From Azolla caroliniana (lineage: Eukaryota > Plantae > Polypodiophyta): a stretch of DNA of 64,000 nucleotides. Where the stretch lies: the NCBI GenBank assembly GCA_043228905.1, contig JBHGNT010000007.1:10168001-10232000 (forward strand). Reading direction: 5' to 3'. Below the pieces are notes generated by a model. It worked only from the letters and a program-made list of their open reading frames with translations. It ran no database searches and was not told where the DNA came from. Positions 47,913 to 61,304 of the stretch are shown in pieces. The position numbers and the translations under genes were made by a program. The first letter of the stretch is position 1; every line of letters begins with the position of its first letter.

Positions 47913-48620
47913 TGTCTTGTGCCCGGTTCTGGAAGGAAAGCACTGCTTGCAAAGGAAGCCCGTGAGATCCCGACTAGAGGTTCTAGATTCCGTTTCCTTG
48001 TGCGTGTGAGTGGGTGCAAGCGTCTCTCGGGAGCTCTACAATTTGTCACTGGCCGCGCCCAGTTGTACTCCGTGGTTCTCTACAAGGCCATAGAAGCGAT
48101 AGTCGGTATGATAGGCCGATTCAATGGGAAGGACGTGATAAAATACCTGGAGGACTACATGGTGGAAATGATAATGAGGGATATTTCGGAAGACAGGCGG
48201 CTCTCCGGATCCACGCGGAGGTGCTCGAGTGCAGATGGTGTGTAGGAATTGGGCGGAGTTCGAGGAGAGACTCCTTGAACGATATGGGTTTGCTAACTCT
48301 CTGCGATTGTCAAAGCGCGAATTCATGGAGTGGGTTGAGAGACCTGGGAAAGGGAGGGACACATCGATGCTCATCTAGGAGTTCGAAAAACGATTCGCTC
48401 GGCTCTCGGTGCTAGACCGGACCGTGCTCGATACAAGCCGGGTCCTACTATTCATTAAGTCGGTAGACACGCTTGATCGGGAGAAGGTGGGTCTCCTGCT
48501 GGAGACGGATGAAGGACTCATTGCTGATTGGGCCGTGGTGAAAAGGGTTTGTAGATGTTTCGAGAAATGACGTGAATGGAGTGATGTGGGTCCGTCGACA
48601 TCAAGCCCGGCCGCGGGGAA

Positions 48621-48896
48621 AAGGTTAGAAGAACTGATTCCGGCTCACACGAAAGAGACGCCAAGGTGGATTGAGTCAGGCGTGGTTCCGACTGACATCG
48701 TCAAGGCCTCCTGCCAACCAGTGGTGCATGTGGTGTGATGTTGTTGGCCACATCCAAAGGTTAGAAGAACTGATTCCGGCTCGGACGAAAGAGACGCCAA
48801 GGTGGATTGAGTCAGGCGTGGTTCCGACTGACATCGTCAAGGCCTCCTGCCAACCAGTGGTGCATGTGGTGTGATGTTGTTGGCCACATCCAAAGG
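48621..48896. repeat. 136-bp tandem duplication in G4 gag
   Basis: Two near-identical copies starting AAGGTTAGAAGAACTGATTCC. Confidence 0.95.
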
Positions 48897-50933
48897 GACT
48901 GTGCCGATTTCCGGAGGCACTTAAGAGCAACGTGGTGTACCTTCAAAATGGCCGAGTACACGCCAACGATACGCGGAGGGCCTTGGAGGTAAATACAATC
49001 CATGGCGGGATGAAAAGGGTAATGGAGGAAGCTACGGCACAAAATGTTGAAACCGTCCATTATTTGATATCGGCCGGCATCGGTATCGGAGGTGAGGAGA
49101 ACAAGACAACAAGAGACTCTGGGTTTTGGCAGTTGGTGCTGGAAGGCCTTTCCGAGGTAAAGCTGCGGAAGGAAGAGGCGGATCATGCACAGAGGGGGAT
49201 CCAAGAGGGCACTAGATGGGACAATCCGGTAGAAGAAAAAACCGGCTTTGTGGAAGCCGCGTGCGAGAACTATGAAGTTTTGGTGGAAGATAAACAGATC
49301 GGAAAGATCGGAGGGGCCAGCCCCTCAAACCGGTACGAGCCAAAGAAAGTTCACGGAGGCCTAGTAGGTCCACGAGAGAAAATACAAATGCCAAGATTCC
49401 AATTGAGCTTGGAAATAGAGAGAGTAACGGACCTGCGGAAGGTCCTGGAGGAACGAATCCTCGACAGCCGAGTGGAGCTCACCTGAGGGACATACTAGGG
49501 ATTGCAAAGAAAGAATTCCACAACTCCATCGTGGACCGAGTGAAACGAAAGTGCCTCTCGATGGAGACAGAGCCAAAGAAACCCGTGGAGGTGAGGGTGG
49601 CGCACATCAACGAGGTGACCGTGGAAGACGATTTTTCGGAGAGCCACTACATGAGGCTGCATTGGGCGAGAGCAACAACAAAAACCTCGGTCCGGATTGG
49701 GGACATGAAAGAGCCAGTGGTGGCTTTGATTGACCAAGGATCCGAAATCAACCTAATGTCGATGGACTTCTACAAAAAAGGGAAGTGGCCGATCAACACC
49801 AAGCATGGGTGGAAAATATGCGCAGTGACCTGCGCCACGGAGGAGCTACACGGGGCATGCCCGAATGTTTGAGTAAAGGTCAGGGACGTTGAGATCCACC
49901 AACAGTTTTTTGTGCAGGAGACCTCCTCACATCCAGTGATCCTCGGTGAACCCTACATCATGACAACCTGAATGGAGACAAAGGTGTTAGACAACGGTTC
50001 TCCGTACCCAAGGGTGAAGAGCCAGGACAGACAACACTCTGTCCAATTTTTGACGGTGCGACCGAAGCATTAGCGGAATCGCGAGTCTCTCGGCAACAAC
50101 GGCTGACAGGATTTTTAGAGAGGGCTATCAAGGCATGGGGTCACGATAGTCCGAACACCCTAGCGAGACCCCATACCTGTATTATAAGTAGGAAATTTTG
50201 GTCCTCCCCATACCTGCATTCATGGCCGGGAGAAGAAGTTGGTCGAAGGACGCTTGAAGGCATGTGGCGCCTTGGGCTCCGACGACGAGATCAAGGGCTC
50301 CGTGGAGGCAGTCTCATTCGACGACACTCTCGGAGAGATCAAGAGGTTGGCTAATGAGGACCTACGAGAGGACCGAATAATTTTGGTCGGTTCAGTCGAA
50401 ATGTATGAATAGTCATCGCGGACTTCGGAACTATGGTCAGGTCGAATTGAACGGCCATAGTAAGCACGAAGTACAAGACTGTGGACTGGAAGGTCAGGCC
50501 AGCCATGGCTCCCTTACTAGAGGACAGCTAGGAACGGATGAAAGGGATCATGACGGACCCAAGATTACGGAATACGGCCGGCATAGGGCACTGGTTCACC
50601 CACAAGACGAGCACTGGTTCACCCACAAGACGATACGGGATCTAAAGATCGATGGGGCTGGCTTTCTACTGTCGATGGAGGAGGACTGGTTTAAGAGCAT
50701 GCTCGGAAGGCATGGGAAGGCCTTCGCATTCTCGCAGGGGGAGATTGGGTGTGTCGACCTGACGATCGTAGAACCGATGGTGATCTTCACGGTACGGCAT
50801 GTACCGTGGACTTTCAAACCGATTCCCGTTTTTAGAGCTCACATCCCAAGGTTGATGGAGCTACTAAAACAGAAAGTGGAGATGGGCATCCTCGAGCCGT
50901 CGAGTGCCCCGTATTCGAATCGGTGGTTTACGG

Positions 50934-53900
50934 TGTCGTGCATTTCGGCGTCGGATCATTGCGTGAGTTGGGTGGGAACTGCTGGGGATTTGGACTAGGA
51001 GGAGGAAGAATTTAAGATGAGTATAGTTATGAATAGATTGTAAGAAAGAGAGATAGAAATTCGTGAATCCCATGAATATAGTTTTTTAGTTTTATTAATA
51101 TTTAACCCTAATTATACTTTGGATTTGATTGGAATCGATAAGAATAGATTGGAAAAGAGAAATCGAAAACCTCGTGAATCCCACGAGTATTATATTAATC
51201 AATATTTAGACCCTAATAATCACCCCATTATTTATTTATTTTTCGCCCCCTTATTACATTGTGCTCCACATCCTTATATAGTGATGAGAGAGTCTTAGCA
51301 ATCCATGCTTTTTTTTCTAACTATAGACTATATGCTTTCTCTAACATGTTTCTTCTAAAAGTGATCATGCTTTTTCTAACCTCATGCGTTTTTATCGACT
51401 ATAGTGTTCATGCACTCTAAATGTGCATGTGTAGCTTTTTTCTATCATGGTGCTTTTTTTCTAACTAAAGCTTTTTCCTAGAAAATATGTGTGAAATAAC
51501 CTTTTTATGTGGGATATCTACTTTTTTAACACTCATGACGTGCTAATGTAATGGTAAGGCTTCAAATTATTAACATGGAGGTACAAGGTTTAAATCTTGC
51601 CTTATGCATGTAACATGTATTCTCATATTTTCTTCGTTTTTCTTCATATTTATTAAATCGGGTACTTTATACGTTTTTCACGTAGTGTACAAAATACACT
51701 ACGACACTCGCCCCCTCCGAACCTGCACATCCTTCGGTATGTGCTAAAGTTGTTGGAGCTCGTTACCCTTTGTTTCTCTCGCAATGTTAACTTTGTATCT
51801 CCTTTTTTAGCACCTCCATTCCTTCCACCCGAACCATTGTCACCATCTGATCCATCATATTCTTTGTTCACTCTTTGCATGGCCATGACCGGTTGTCATG
51901 GCTCCTTGTGCTCCTCTTGAGCATAACCCTTCATGTGCCACCTTCGTTCCAATCGTCTCCTTGATCAAGACACTCCGCACTTCATCCACCTTCGTCGTAC
52001 AATCTCGCATTAGAGTTGACAATCTTCATGTTAGAGCCCTCCTTCTTTGTCAAGATCTCATCTTGGGTAACACCCTTCAAATCTGCTTGGCCCTTGTCAT
52101 CTGTGGTACTGTGCCTACTTGGCCTCTTCCTTGTATTCACCGGCCTCAATATTTTCGACCTCCGATTGAGTCGTATTAGCTTCTTTCCGGATCGGTCTTG
52201 TCTCATCAGCTTTCGGCTAGGTCGGCTTCCATCCGTATTCACGTTCGGCCGAATTAGACTCAGTTGATCGGTTTCGACCGAGTCAGCCCCCTTCCAGGGC
52301 AGGCTCGACCCATCGGTTTCAGTCTGGGTTGACTTTCTTTTCTTCGTGTTCACCAGCCTTGACCGGTTCGACCTCCGGTTGAGCCGAGTTAACTTCTGTC
52401 CGGATTGGTCTCGTTCGATCGACTTCCGGCTGGAATGATTTTCGTCTGGGTCGGGCTCGACGGATTGAATTTCAGCCGAATCCACTTCCGCTTGGTTCAG
52501 CTTTCGTCTAGATCGGAATTCCGAACGGATCATTCTCCATCCAAACCGGCTTTCGGCTTTACCTTGCTTGTCGCTATCTCCCGTCTCTCCGGTCTCACAT
52601 TAGTTCTCGGACACAACTACCAAAGTCTCTAGTGGGCATGAATCCTCGGTATTATCATCCTCCGGCATTCCACCCATAGCCACCTTCTCGGCTATCTCTC
52701 CATCGTATGCATCGGCTTCAACCTTCGTTTTCTCTCCGGTCTCACATTGGTTCTCGGACACAACTACCAAAGTCTCTAGTGGGCATGAATCCTCGGTATT
52801 ATCATCCTCCGGCATTCCACCCATAGCCACCTTCTCGGCTATCTCTCCATCGTATGCATCGGCTTCGACCTTCGTTTTCTCTCCGCCACCTTCTGTCTCT
52901 TCGGTCTCACGTTGCCTTTCGAACACAACCGCCGAAGTCTCTAGATTTAGTGGTGGGAACGTCTTGACACGGTCATCCGCCATTGACTCGTTCATAGCCA
53001 CCTCCGATTCGATGTCATTTTTTTCCTGACTATCTCCTTAATCATGCCCGCCTCACACTCTTTATCTCCCTCGATCAAGCTTCTTCAAAGGACCCCATGT
53101 TGGGTTTTGTTGTCGTATCTTGTAGAGTCTCTCTTGTAACTCATTCGTGGCTACCCGATTGAAGGATATCACTTGCAATCCTTCCGGTATCCCACATCGC
53201 ATCATCTCCGCCTTGTAGGGACGTAGATAGCGTGACACAACCTTTCCGTTGAATTGTCTGTTTCGTTATACGATCCGCTTTACTGCTGTTGTGATCTCTG
53301 ACATCGCTCGTTATTCTTGTATCATCCGCTCGAACATCATCATCATCGTGTTCATCGCCTCTTGTTGATTCTCCATCTCCTTACCGCTCGTTTTCACATC
53401 GGGTTCACCAAATGTGTCGTGCCTTTCGGCGCCAGATCGTTGCGTGAGTTGGGTGGGAACATCCGGGGTTTTGGACTAGGAGGAGGAAGAATTTGAGATG
53501 AGTATATTTATGAATAGCTTGTAAGAAAGAGAGATAGAAATTCGTGAATCCCACGAATATAGTTTTTTAGTTTTATTAATATTTAACCCTAATTATACTT
53601 TGGATTTGATTGGAATCGATAGGAATAGATTGGAAAAGAGAAATCGAAAACCTCGTGAATCCCACGAGTATTATATTAATCAATATTTAGACCCTAATAA
53701 TCACCCCATTATTTATTTATTTATTTATTTTTCCCCCCCTTATTACATTGTGCTCCACATCCTTATATAGTGATGAGAGAGTCTTAGCAATCCATGCTTT
53801 TTTTCTACCTATAGACGATATGTTTTCTCTAACATGCTTCTTCTAAAAGTGATCATGCTTTTTCTAACCTCATGCGTTTTTATTGACTATAGTGTTCATG

Positions 53901-54191
53901 CACGCTAAATGTGCATGTGTAGTTTTTTTCTATCATGCGTTTTTCTTCTAACTAAAGCTTTTTCCTAGAAAATATGCATGAAATTACCTTTCTATGTGGG
54001 ATATCTACTTTTTTAATACTTATGGCGTGTTAGTGTAATGGTAAGCCTTCAAATTATTAACATGGAAGTACAAGGTTTGAATCTTGCCCTATGCATGTAA
54101 CATGTATTTTCATATTTTCTTCATTTCTTTATATTTATTAAATCGGGTACTTTATACGTTTTTCACGTAGTGTAGGAAATACACTACGACA
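50934..54191 (-). mobile_element. Non-autonomous LTR element N1 (B-type termini, no pol)
   Basis: LTRs 50934-51706 and 53415-54191, tRNA-Trp PBS 53394-53410, PPT GGAGGGGGCGAG, TSD ACGG/ACAA, gag remnant at about 53140-53377. Confidence 0.92.
52583..52885. repeat. 126-bp tandem duplication inside N1
   Basis: 42-aa repeat EKTKVEADAYDGEIAEKVAMGGMPEDDNTEDSCPLETLVVVSEN in ORF 52600-53001. Confidence 0.9.
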
Positions 54192-54905
54192 ACAATGTCG
54201 AAGAAGAACAACACATTGCACTTCATCGAGGACCTGTAGCCGGTCAACAAAGGGATTATTCAGAATGCAGGAATTGGGCCGACGATTAATGAGTTTGTAG
54301 AGGCCTTCGCCAGAAGGTCAATCTACTCGGTCGGCGATTTATACTCTAGGTACAACTAGTTCCAACTAGCTGTAGAGAGTAGGGATATCACAACGATGTG
54401 AACCCCTCTCAGCTTAGTTCGGATGTCTACTCTGCCACAAGGAGGGACTAACTCGGTGGCACACATGGTGAATGCAATGAACAAGGTTCTGCGGGATTGC
54501 ATCCGGACATCACCATGATGTTCTTGGACGACATCCCGATGAAGGGATGTCTAGAGGAAGCGAAGGATGAGTCGATCAGGCCGGATGAATGCCGAAAGTT
54601 TGTCGCAGACCACATCTCCGACTGCGAGAAGATACTGCAGAGGCTTGAGGGCACTCGACTTACCTTCTCCGGGGAGAAGTCGAGTTTTGAACAATCAGAG
54701 ATGCTAGTAGTGGGGCACATGTGCGGACCATACGGCCAGAAGCCGTCTTTGGTGAAGGTAGAGGCCATCTCCGCGATGAAGGAGGAATGCATGTCGGTCA
54801 CGGAAATCCAAAGATTCTTGGGAGCGTGCGCCTTCTACCACATTTGGATTCCGAACTACGCGCACATCGTCGAGCCGCTCTACAAGTTGCTCAAGAAGGG
54901 TCGAC

Positions 54906-56706
54906 GATGCTCCGGAGTCTACCACCCAGGTCATCTCGTCGCCGGCAAGGTTTATCTCACACTCCTCGGTGATGAGCATCAACTCTTCTTCACTTGCCGT
55001 GATTGTCGTCGTTCCCTTCCGGTTCGTCCCCTTCCGGTCTTTACCATTCCGGTCCGGGGTCTGCTTCGAATCGGTACCGTCGGTTTCCTTGTCTTTACGG
55101 AAATGCCGACAGTTCTTTTGGAAGTGTCCCGGCTTGCCGCAATAGAAGCAAGTAGGCCTCCCCCTTGACTTTGACCGTGTCCCCGACTTCTCCCGGTTCT
55201 GGGGACTACGATTTCTATGTCTTCCACGTTCCGATTCGGTAAGGAGCGCTTTGGAGTCAGAGCTCGTATCTTTATCTTTCCGACGTGCCTCCTCATCTAG
55301 CAAGCTCGACTTTACTCTTGCTAGGGATAACCGCTTTCCTTCTGGCCTGGCATTGCCCAAAGTGACAACCAACGTCTCCCAGCTATCCGGGAGGGAACCG
55401 AGCAGGAGTAGCGCTAGTACCTCGTCGGCAAGAGGTACTTCCAATGACGTTGCCTAGTGGATCAGCCCCTAGAAGGCATTCATGTGGTCTGCCATGCTGG
55501 AGCCATCTTGGTACCGGAGTCTTACTAGGTTCCGGAATACCGAAACCTGGTTAACAGCATTTTTGTTTTGGAACATTATGCCGATCTTCTCCCAGAGCTC
55601 ATGAGCCTTGCTCTCTTCATTGAAGTTGTTGTATAGGCTCATGTCGATGAAGCACCGTACGTACGCCGTTGTCTTCATGTGCATCACGTCCCATATCGCG
55701 GCGTCGATTTTGTCTGGTCTCTTGTCCCCGAACTGAACCGGCAGCCAGAGGTCTTTAACTACGAGCATGTCCCTCATCTTCGACTTCCACACTGAATAGT
55801 TGGAGCCGGAGAGCTTGAACATGCCGCCAAACGATTCGTCCATTTTCTGTGTCGATTTTGCTCTGATACCACTTGTCGGGAACTCAACGCTCCTTATGCA
55901 CAAAGCTCGGCCACAATCGAGATTCTTTTCATACACAGAAAAACGGGAAATAAAACACGATACAAAGGAGAGGAAGATACACACACACTACACAGGAGGT
56001 TTACGTGGAAAACCCCAAACTAGGGGAAAAACCACGGAAGCCCACAGGCTGCAAACTGTCACTATGTATGAATGTACAAAACAGTGAGTTCTCGGAGGAA
56101 ACGACCTTGGACTCACGCTCTTCGCCACAGGCGGCGGTTACAACAGAGGCAACGACCTCTTTCTCTCTCTCTCTCTCTGTACACTATTACGTGCTCTATC
56201 TTCTTCTTGCACCAACAAGAAAAGTAACAACAACCCCATATTAGTTTGCCCTAAGTCATATTTATACTAATATGACTTTTCGGCTATTTACAAATATAGC
56301 CACAATGGGCTCTCAGAAACATATTTACGAATATGTCTCTTCCTCCGGTTCATACCGGGTCTGCACCATCCGGCTCTCCGTAGCCGGGTACTCCTCATCC
56401 GGTTCATACCGGGCCTGTATCATCCGGCTCTCCGTAGCCGGGTACTCCTCTTCCGGTTCTCACCGGGCCTGTATCATCCGGCTCTCCGTAGCCGGGTACT
56501 CCTCATCCGGTTCATACCGGGTCTACGCCATCCGGCTCTCCGTAGCCAGGTACTCCTCTTCCGGTTCTCACCGGGCCTGTATCATCCGGCTCTTCGTAGC
56601 CGGGTACTCCTCATCCGGATTCGGCCTCGGCCTGTCGGCCTCGGCCAAGTTTGTTCGTCGGCACTGTTCTTCTCCCTTCCCATCCGGAGGGACCTGTCTC
56701 CCAACA
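54906..56706 (-). mobile_element. Truncated Copia C2 (C1 family): 5' LTR, PBS, gag, start of protease
   Basis: LTR 55874-56706, PBS TGGTATCAGAGC 55860-55871, MDESFGGMFKLSGSNY, CFYCGKPGHFQKNC, WVVDSGAS. Confidence 0.92.
56335..56620. repeat. 54-bp tandem repeat (about 5 copies) in C2 LTR U3
   Basis: Unit TCCGGTTCATACCGGGCCTGTATCATCCGGCTCTCCGTAGCCGGGTACTCCTCA. Confidence 0.93.
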
Positions 56707-59700
56707 TGTGCTTTGTGCGAGCATGGAACACAGGGTTCTTGGCGAGCTACATGCTACTGAGGTTATCGCAGTAGATCAGGATCGGGGTCGGTACCTCAAT
56801 CCGCAGGTCTTGCAGTAATCACCGAAGCCAAATGGCTTTGCAGGTGGCAACGGTCGCGCCCCGGTATTCAGCCTCAGTGCTAGATAGAGCCACTGTTGGC
56901 TGCTTTTTGCTGCTCCACGCAACAACCGCGCTCCCAAGAGAAAACATAAAGCCGGAAGTAGAGCGACGATCCGTTGCATCGCCAGCCCAGTCCGCATCCG
57001 TGTAGCCGACATGCTCTTCAGTTATACCTTGCCGGTATAAGAGCCCTCGGTCCTTAGTGTCGCTTACATACCTCAGTATTCGTTGCACACACTGAAGGTG
57101 CTCCATGGTCGGCTTCTGCATGAATTGACTTACTACTCCGACCGGATAGCTAATGTCGGGTCGGGTGATGGTCAAATAGATCAGGCTAGTCCGGAGTTGG
57201 GACGGATCTTTTGATTCCGGTCCAGGGGTGTGGAGACAGGTCAGCATTCCGTCATGCCGAACTTGTACAGTATATTCAACACATAATGGCATTTAGAGAG
57301 CAATATGACGTCGGGGGTGCAGATCACCTCGATCCCCAAAAAATAATGAAGGTCCCCCAAGTCCTTCATATCGAATGTGTCTGACAATTGGGACTTGACG
57401 CGGTTGATTTCCGGAAGACCTGGGCCGGTGATGACTAAATCATCAACATAGAGTAAGATACATACCGGACCGTTTGAGCCTTGACGGATGAACAGGGAAG
57501 AGTCCGACTTAGAGGCAACAAACCCCATCTTTTGCAACCGGTGTGTGATCTTAGCATTCCAAGCACAGGGGGCTTGCTTCAAGCCGTACAACAACTTCCT
57601 CAACCGGCATACCGCCGACTTGTTCACCTCCGACTGAAATCCGGGGGGCTGAGTCATAAAGACTTCTTCTTTAAGATCTCCTTGAAGGAATGCATTCTTC
57701 ACATCCATCTGATGAAGATGCCACCCCCTTTCCGCAGCAACCGCCAGTACCACACGAACCTTCGTCATCTTCGCTACAGGAGCGAAGGTCTCGTCGTAGT
57801 CGTTTCCGTGGGTCTGCGCATATCCCTTCGCCACTAACCGGGCCTTGTACTGGTTAACTGTACCGTCGGCATTCTACTTTACCTTGTACACCCACTTGCA
57901 TCCGATCGGTTTACAGTGACGGGAAGGGTCCACCAGGTCCCAAATTCCGTTGGCATCTAGTGCCCGCATTTCTTCCTCCATAGCGGCACGCCAATTTGCG
58001 TCCTTGGCCGCTTCTGCGTAGCTCTCCGGCTCATGCACTTTCGCGACCTTGTTCATGTACGCATAATGATGCGCCATGTACTCATTATACCCGTACCGCT
58101 TAATGGGATCCTTCTGGTGGGTGGACCGGCGTAACTCACCGTTACCCGATATGAGACCCTTCTTCGCCGGTTCGGTCTTCGTTCCCGAAGATCTGCCTAT
58201 GTCCTTGCTGAAGTCAGATACGCACCGATCTGACTCATCATTGCCGATCTCGAATTCCGGCATCTTCTACTTCCCTTTCTCTTTGCGTGTGAACCGTCTC
58301 CTCGGTTCCTTGTGCGGGGAGAGCACAACAGAGTCTCCACTACTCGCCATCTCATCATCCGACTGGTTGGACTGATCAAGTCTCTCATTCGGTCCGCTTA
58401 AACAGAATGATTCCGGACTCTCATCTTGAGTCCCGGCTTCATCTTTCTCTACCTGGGCCGGTTCAGGCTCACTAGCCCCATCCTCCTACATCGGGTCGGG
58501 ATCAGAAGTCGGAGTTGGTAAGGAATACCACGATGTTGATTCATCAAACTCGACATCTCGGCTGACTCAGACCTGCTTCGTCCGGGGGTTATAACACTTA
58601 TTCCCCTTTTGCTCTTGAGCATAGCCGACTAGGATGCATTTTTCCGATTTTGCATCCAGCTTTCTCCGCTTCTCATCCGGCACATGTACATAGGCTATGC
58701 TACCGAATATCTGGAGGTGTCTCAAATTCGGCTTGCGCCCGAAATACAGCTCGTGAGCTAACACCTTGTCCCCGATCCGGTTCTGGATGTAAACGGCTGT
58801 TTGGACCGCCTCCGCCCAGTAGAACTTGGGCATGATCTTTTCCTCTAGCATTGCCCTAGCCGTGTCAATCAGCGACCGATTGTTCCTTTCAGCCACACCA
58901 TTCTATTGCGGTGTGTATCTGCAGCTGAATTCTCGCCGAATTCCTTTTTGTAGCAGATAGCTGTTGAATTGGCCGGAAAAGTACTCTTTTCCGCCATCCG
59001 ACCATAGGCATTTGATCTTCCTCTCCGATTCCCGTTCCACCATCGTCTGAAGGCTCCGGAAACACTTGAAGACTTCGCTCTTCTGCTCAATGAGGTAGAT
59101 CCACGTATGCCGCGTGTAGTCGTCGATGAAGGAGACGAAATATCGACCCCCGCCAATGCTAACATTTTGTGCCGGTCCCCACACATCCGAATGGATAAGA
59201 TCGAGCTTGTTACGGCTTCAATTTCTTTCGGTGGGGAATGGAAGCCGGTGTTGCTTCCCGAGTTGGCAAGCTTCACAAATCTAGGCTCTCCGACTACTAA
59301 ACTTCGGCAAACCGAAAATGACTTGTTCCGTTTGCAGGTCTTGAAGCCTCTGGTAGTTGACATGGCCGATCCGCTTGTGCCATAGGTCGATATCCGACTC
59401 GACCGCCTGTCCTTTGGCAAACAGTGTGGTGCCGACGTCATTGGTGTTAAGGATAAACATCCTCCCATCTCTGCGCCCTTGCGCAATAACTTTGCCCTCA
59501 TCCTCAATGAAGCACCCGAGGTGCGTAAACCGCACTTGCACCCCCTGGTCGACGATCTGTCCGACCGACACCAGGTTCTTCGTGATCGTCAGAACATGTA
59601 ATACATTCATCAGCTTCCCCCTCTGTCCGATGTGGCTCAAAGGGACTTCTCCGATGTGCACAATCGGGTGGGGAGTGTCGTCTCCGGTTTCGACAACTCC

Positions 59701-61304
59701 CGGTTGATCCGGCTTCTCCAAAAAGGAGAACCACTCCTCGTGGCTCGTCATGTGGTTCGATGCGCCGGAGTCAACGTACCACACTTCCTCCGATTTGGAA
59801 GTGGTCTTCTTCATTGAGTTTGCCTTGTGCTTCATCACCAAGGCTGGCCCCTGACCGTTCTTGGATCCTCCCGATTCGTTTGAGTAGTGCGAGCTTTGCC
59901 GGCCTTCCTTACCGGTCTTGCCGGATCCGGATTTGTCCGAATCGGCACGCTTTCTCCAGCACTCGCTTTCACTGTGGCCCTTTTTGCCACAGTACCAGCA
60001 TTCCGTAGCGGATTTGTCTTGCCGGCCTCTGGCACCACCTTGACTCCCTCTGCTTGTAGAAGTCCCGGAACTGTTGTCGGCACGCTCATTGTGCCTTTGT
60101 TCCTGCTCTTGCCAGCCGCCTCCATTGCGTGCTGACCTATCTCGTCCACCACGCCCGCAGGACGATCCGCTCCCGTGTACAGCATCCGGTTGTCTGGGGA
60201 TGCACTGGTAGATGCACCGGCGTGGTTCTCCTCTACAAGGAGCATCAACTGTAAGTCGAAAAATGAGGGCGTATTCTCCCTTGTACAAACCACAGTCCGG
60301 AAAGCTCCGAACTTGGACGCCAGGCCTCCAAGACAGACCTGCACCATCTCGTCTTCCTCTACGGTGACGTTAATAGAAACAGGCGAGTCACATATCCCTT
60401 TGATCCGGGTTGTGTAATCTGCCACCAACATGTTCTTCTGTCGAACATTGCTCAACTCCTGTCTGAGTTGCAGCTTCCGGGCAGTGGTGCTTGCGGCGAA
60501 AACCTTTTTCAAGTTTCCCCAAGCATCCTTCAGTGTCTTGAAGTCACGGATATGGCTGAGCAGCTGGTCACCGACACTGGACGCGAAGCAGTACATCACC
60601 CTGCTTGCCACCTGTTCCCACACTGGGAAGTCCTTGTGTGTCATCTCCGGTGCTGAGTCGTTCACTCTGTCGACATAACTCCAGTAGCCATGACCAAGCA
60701 AGTACTGGTGCATCTTATATGACCAAGATGCGTAGTTGGTTCTGTCGAGCTTCTCCACCGGGAGCGACGTAGCCATACCTCTGTCCATTTCTCCTTTTGT
60801 GTCTGTTTTCCGATCTGTTAGGGTTTCCTTCACAAACGTAGATGTCTGCAGCGGAGGTTCTCAACCCACGCGCTCTGATACCATGTGAAAGATTGCTTGC
60901 GGAAGCGTTAGAAAGAACAATACATAAAGAGAGAGAGAGAGAGAGAGTACGCGGGAGAGAGAGAGAGAGAGCAGGATACACTATTTTTCAAAATTATATG
61001 AATACTTTGTGCTCACCATACAACGCGCTCATCAGCGCTATTTATACAAGTCCACAGGGGACTGTTAGGAGTACGGTGTACTTCAATGCCCACACGAGCA
61101 TCTGACACTAACTACGAGACTATAACTGCCTAGTAGTCTAACCTATACAAGGCTTCCGGGTACGGATTGGATCCGGCATACCGGCTCCCCAGCTCACCGG
61201 TCCTTACTGCTTACCGGCTCGGTTGCTCACCGGCATACCGATTCATCTCGCTTACCGGCTCAGGCTTATTCAGCCGATCCGGCTCCGGTTGAGTTTTCCG
61301 CTCA
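56707..61304 (-). mobile_element. Copia C3 (related to Ca), degenerate, 3' end lost
   Basis: LTR about 60884-61304, PBS 60872-60883, gag, YVDSGAS, integrase, LLYVDDL, YTDADWAG, FHARTKH cut by C2. Confidence 0.9.

Noticed and set aside
56272-56760. ORF with 18-aa repeats
   Set aside because: Translation of the 54-bp LTR repeat, antisense to the element
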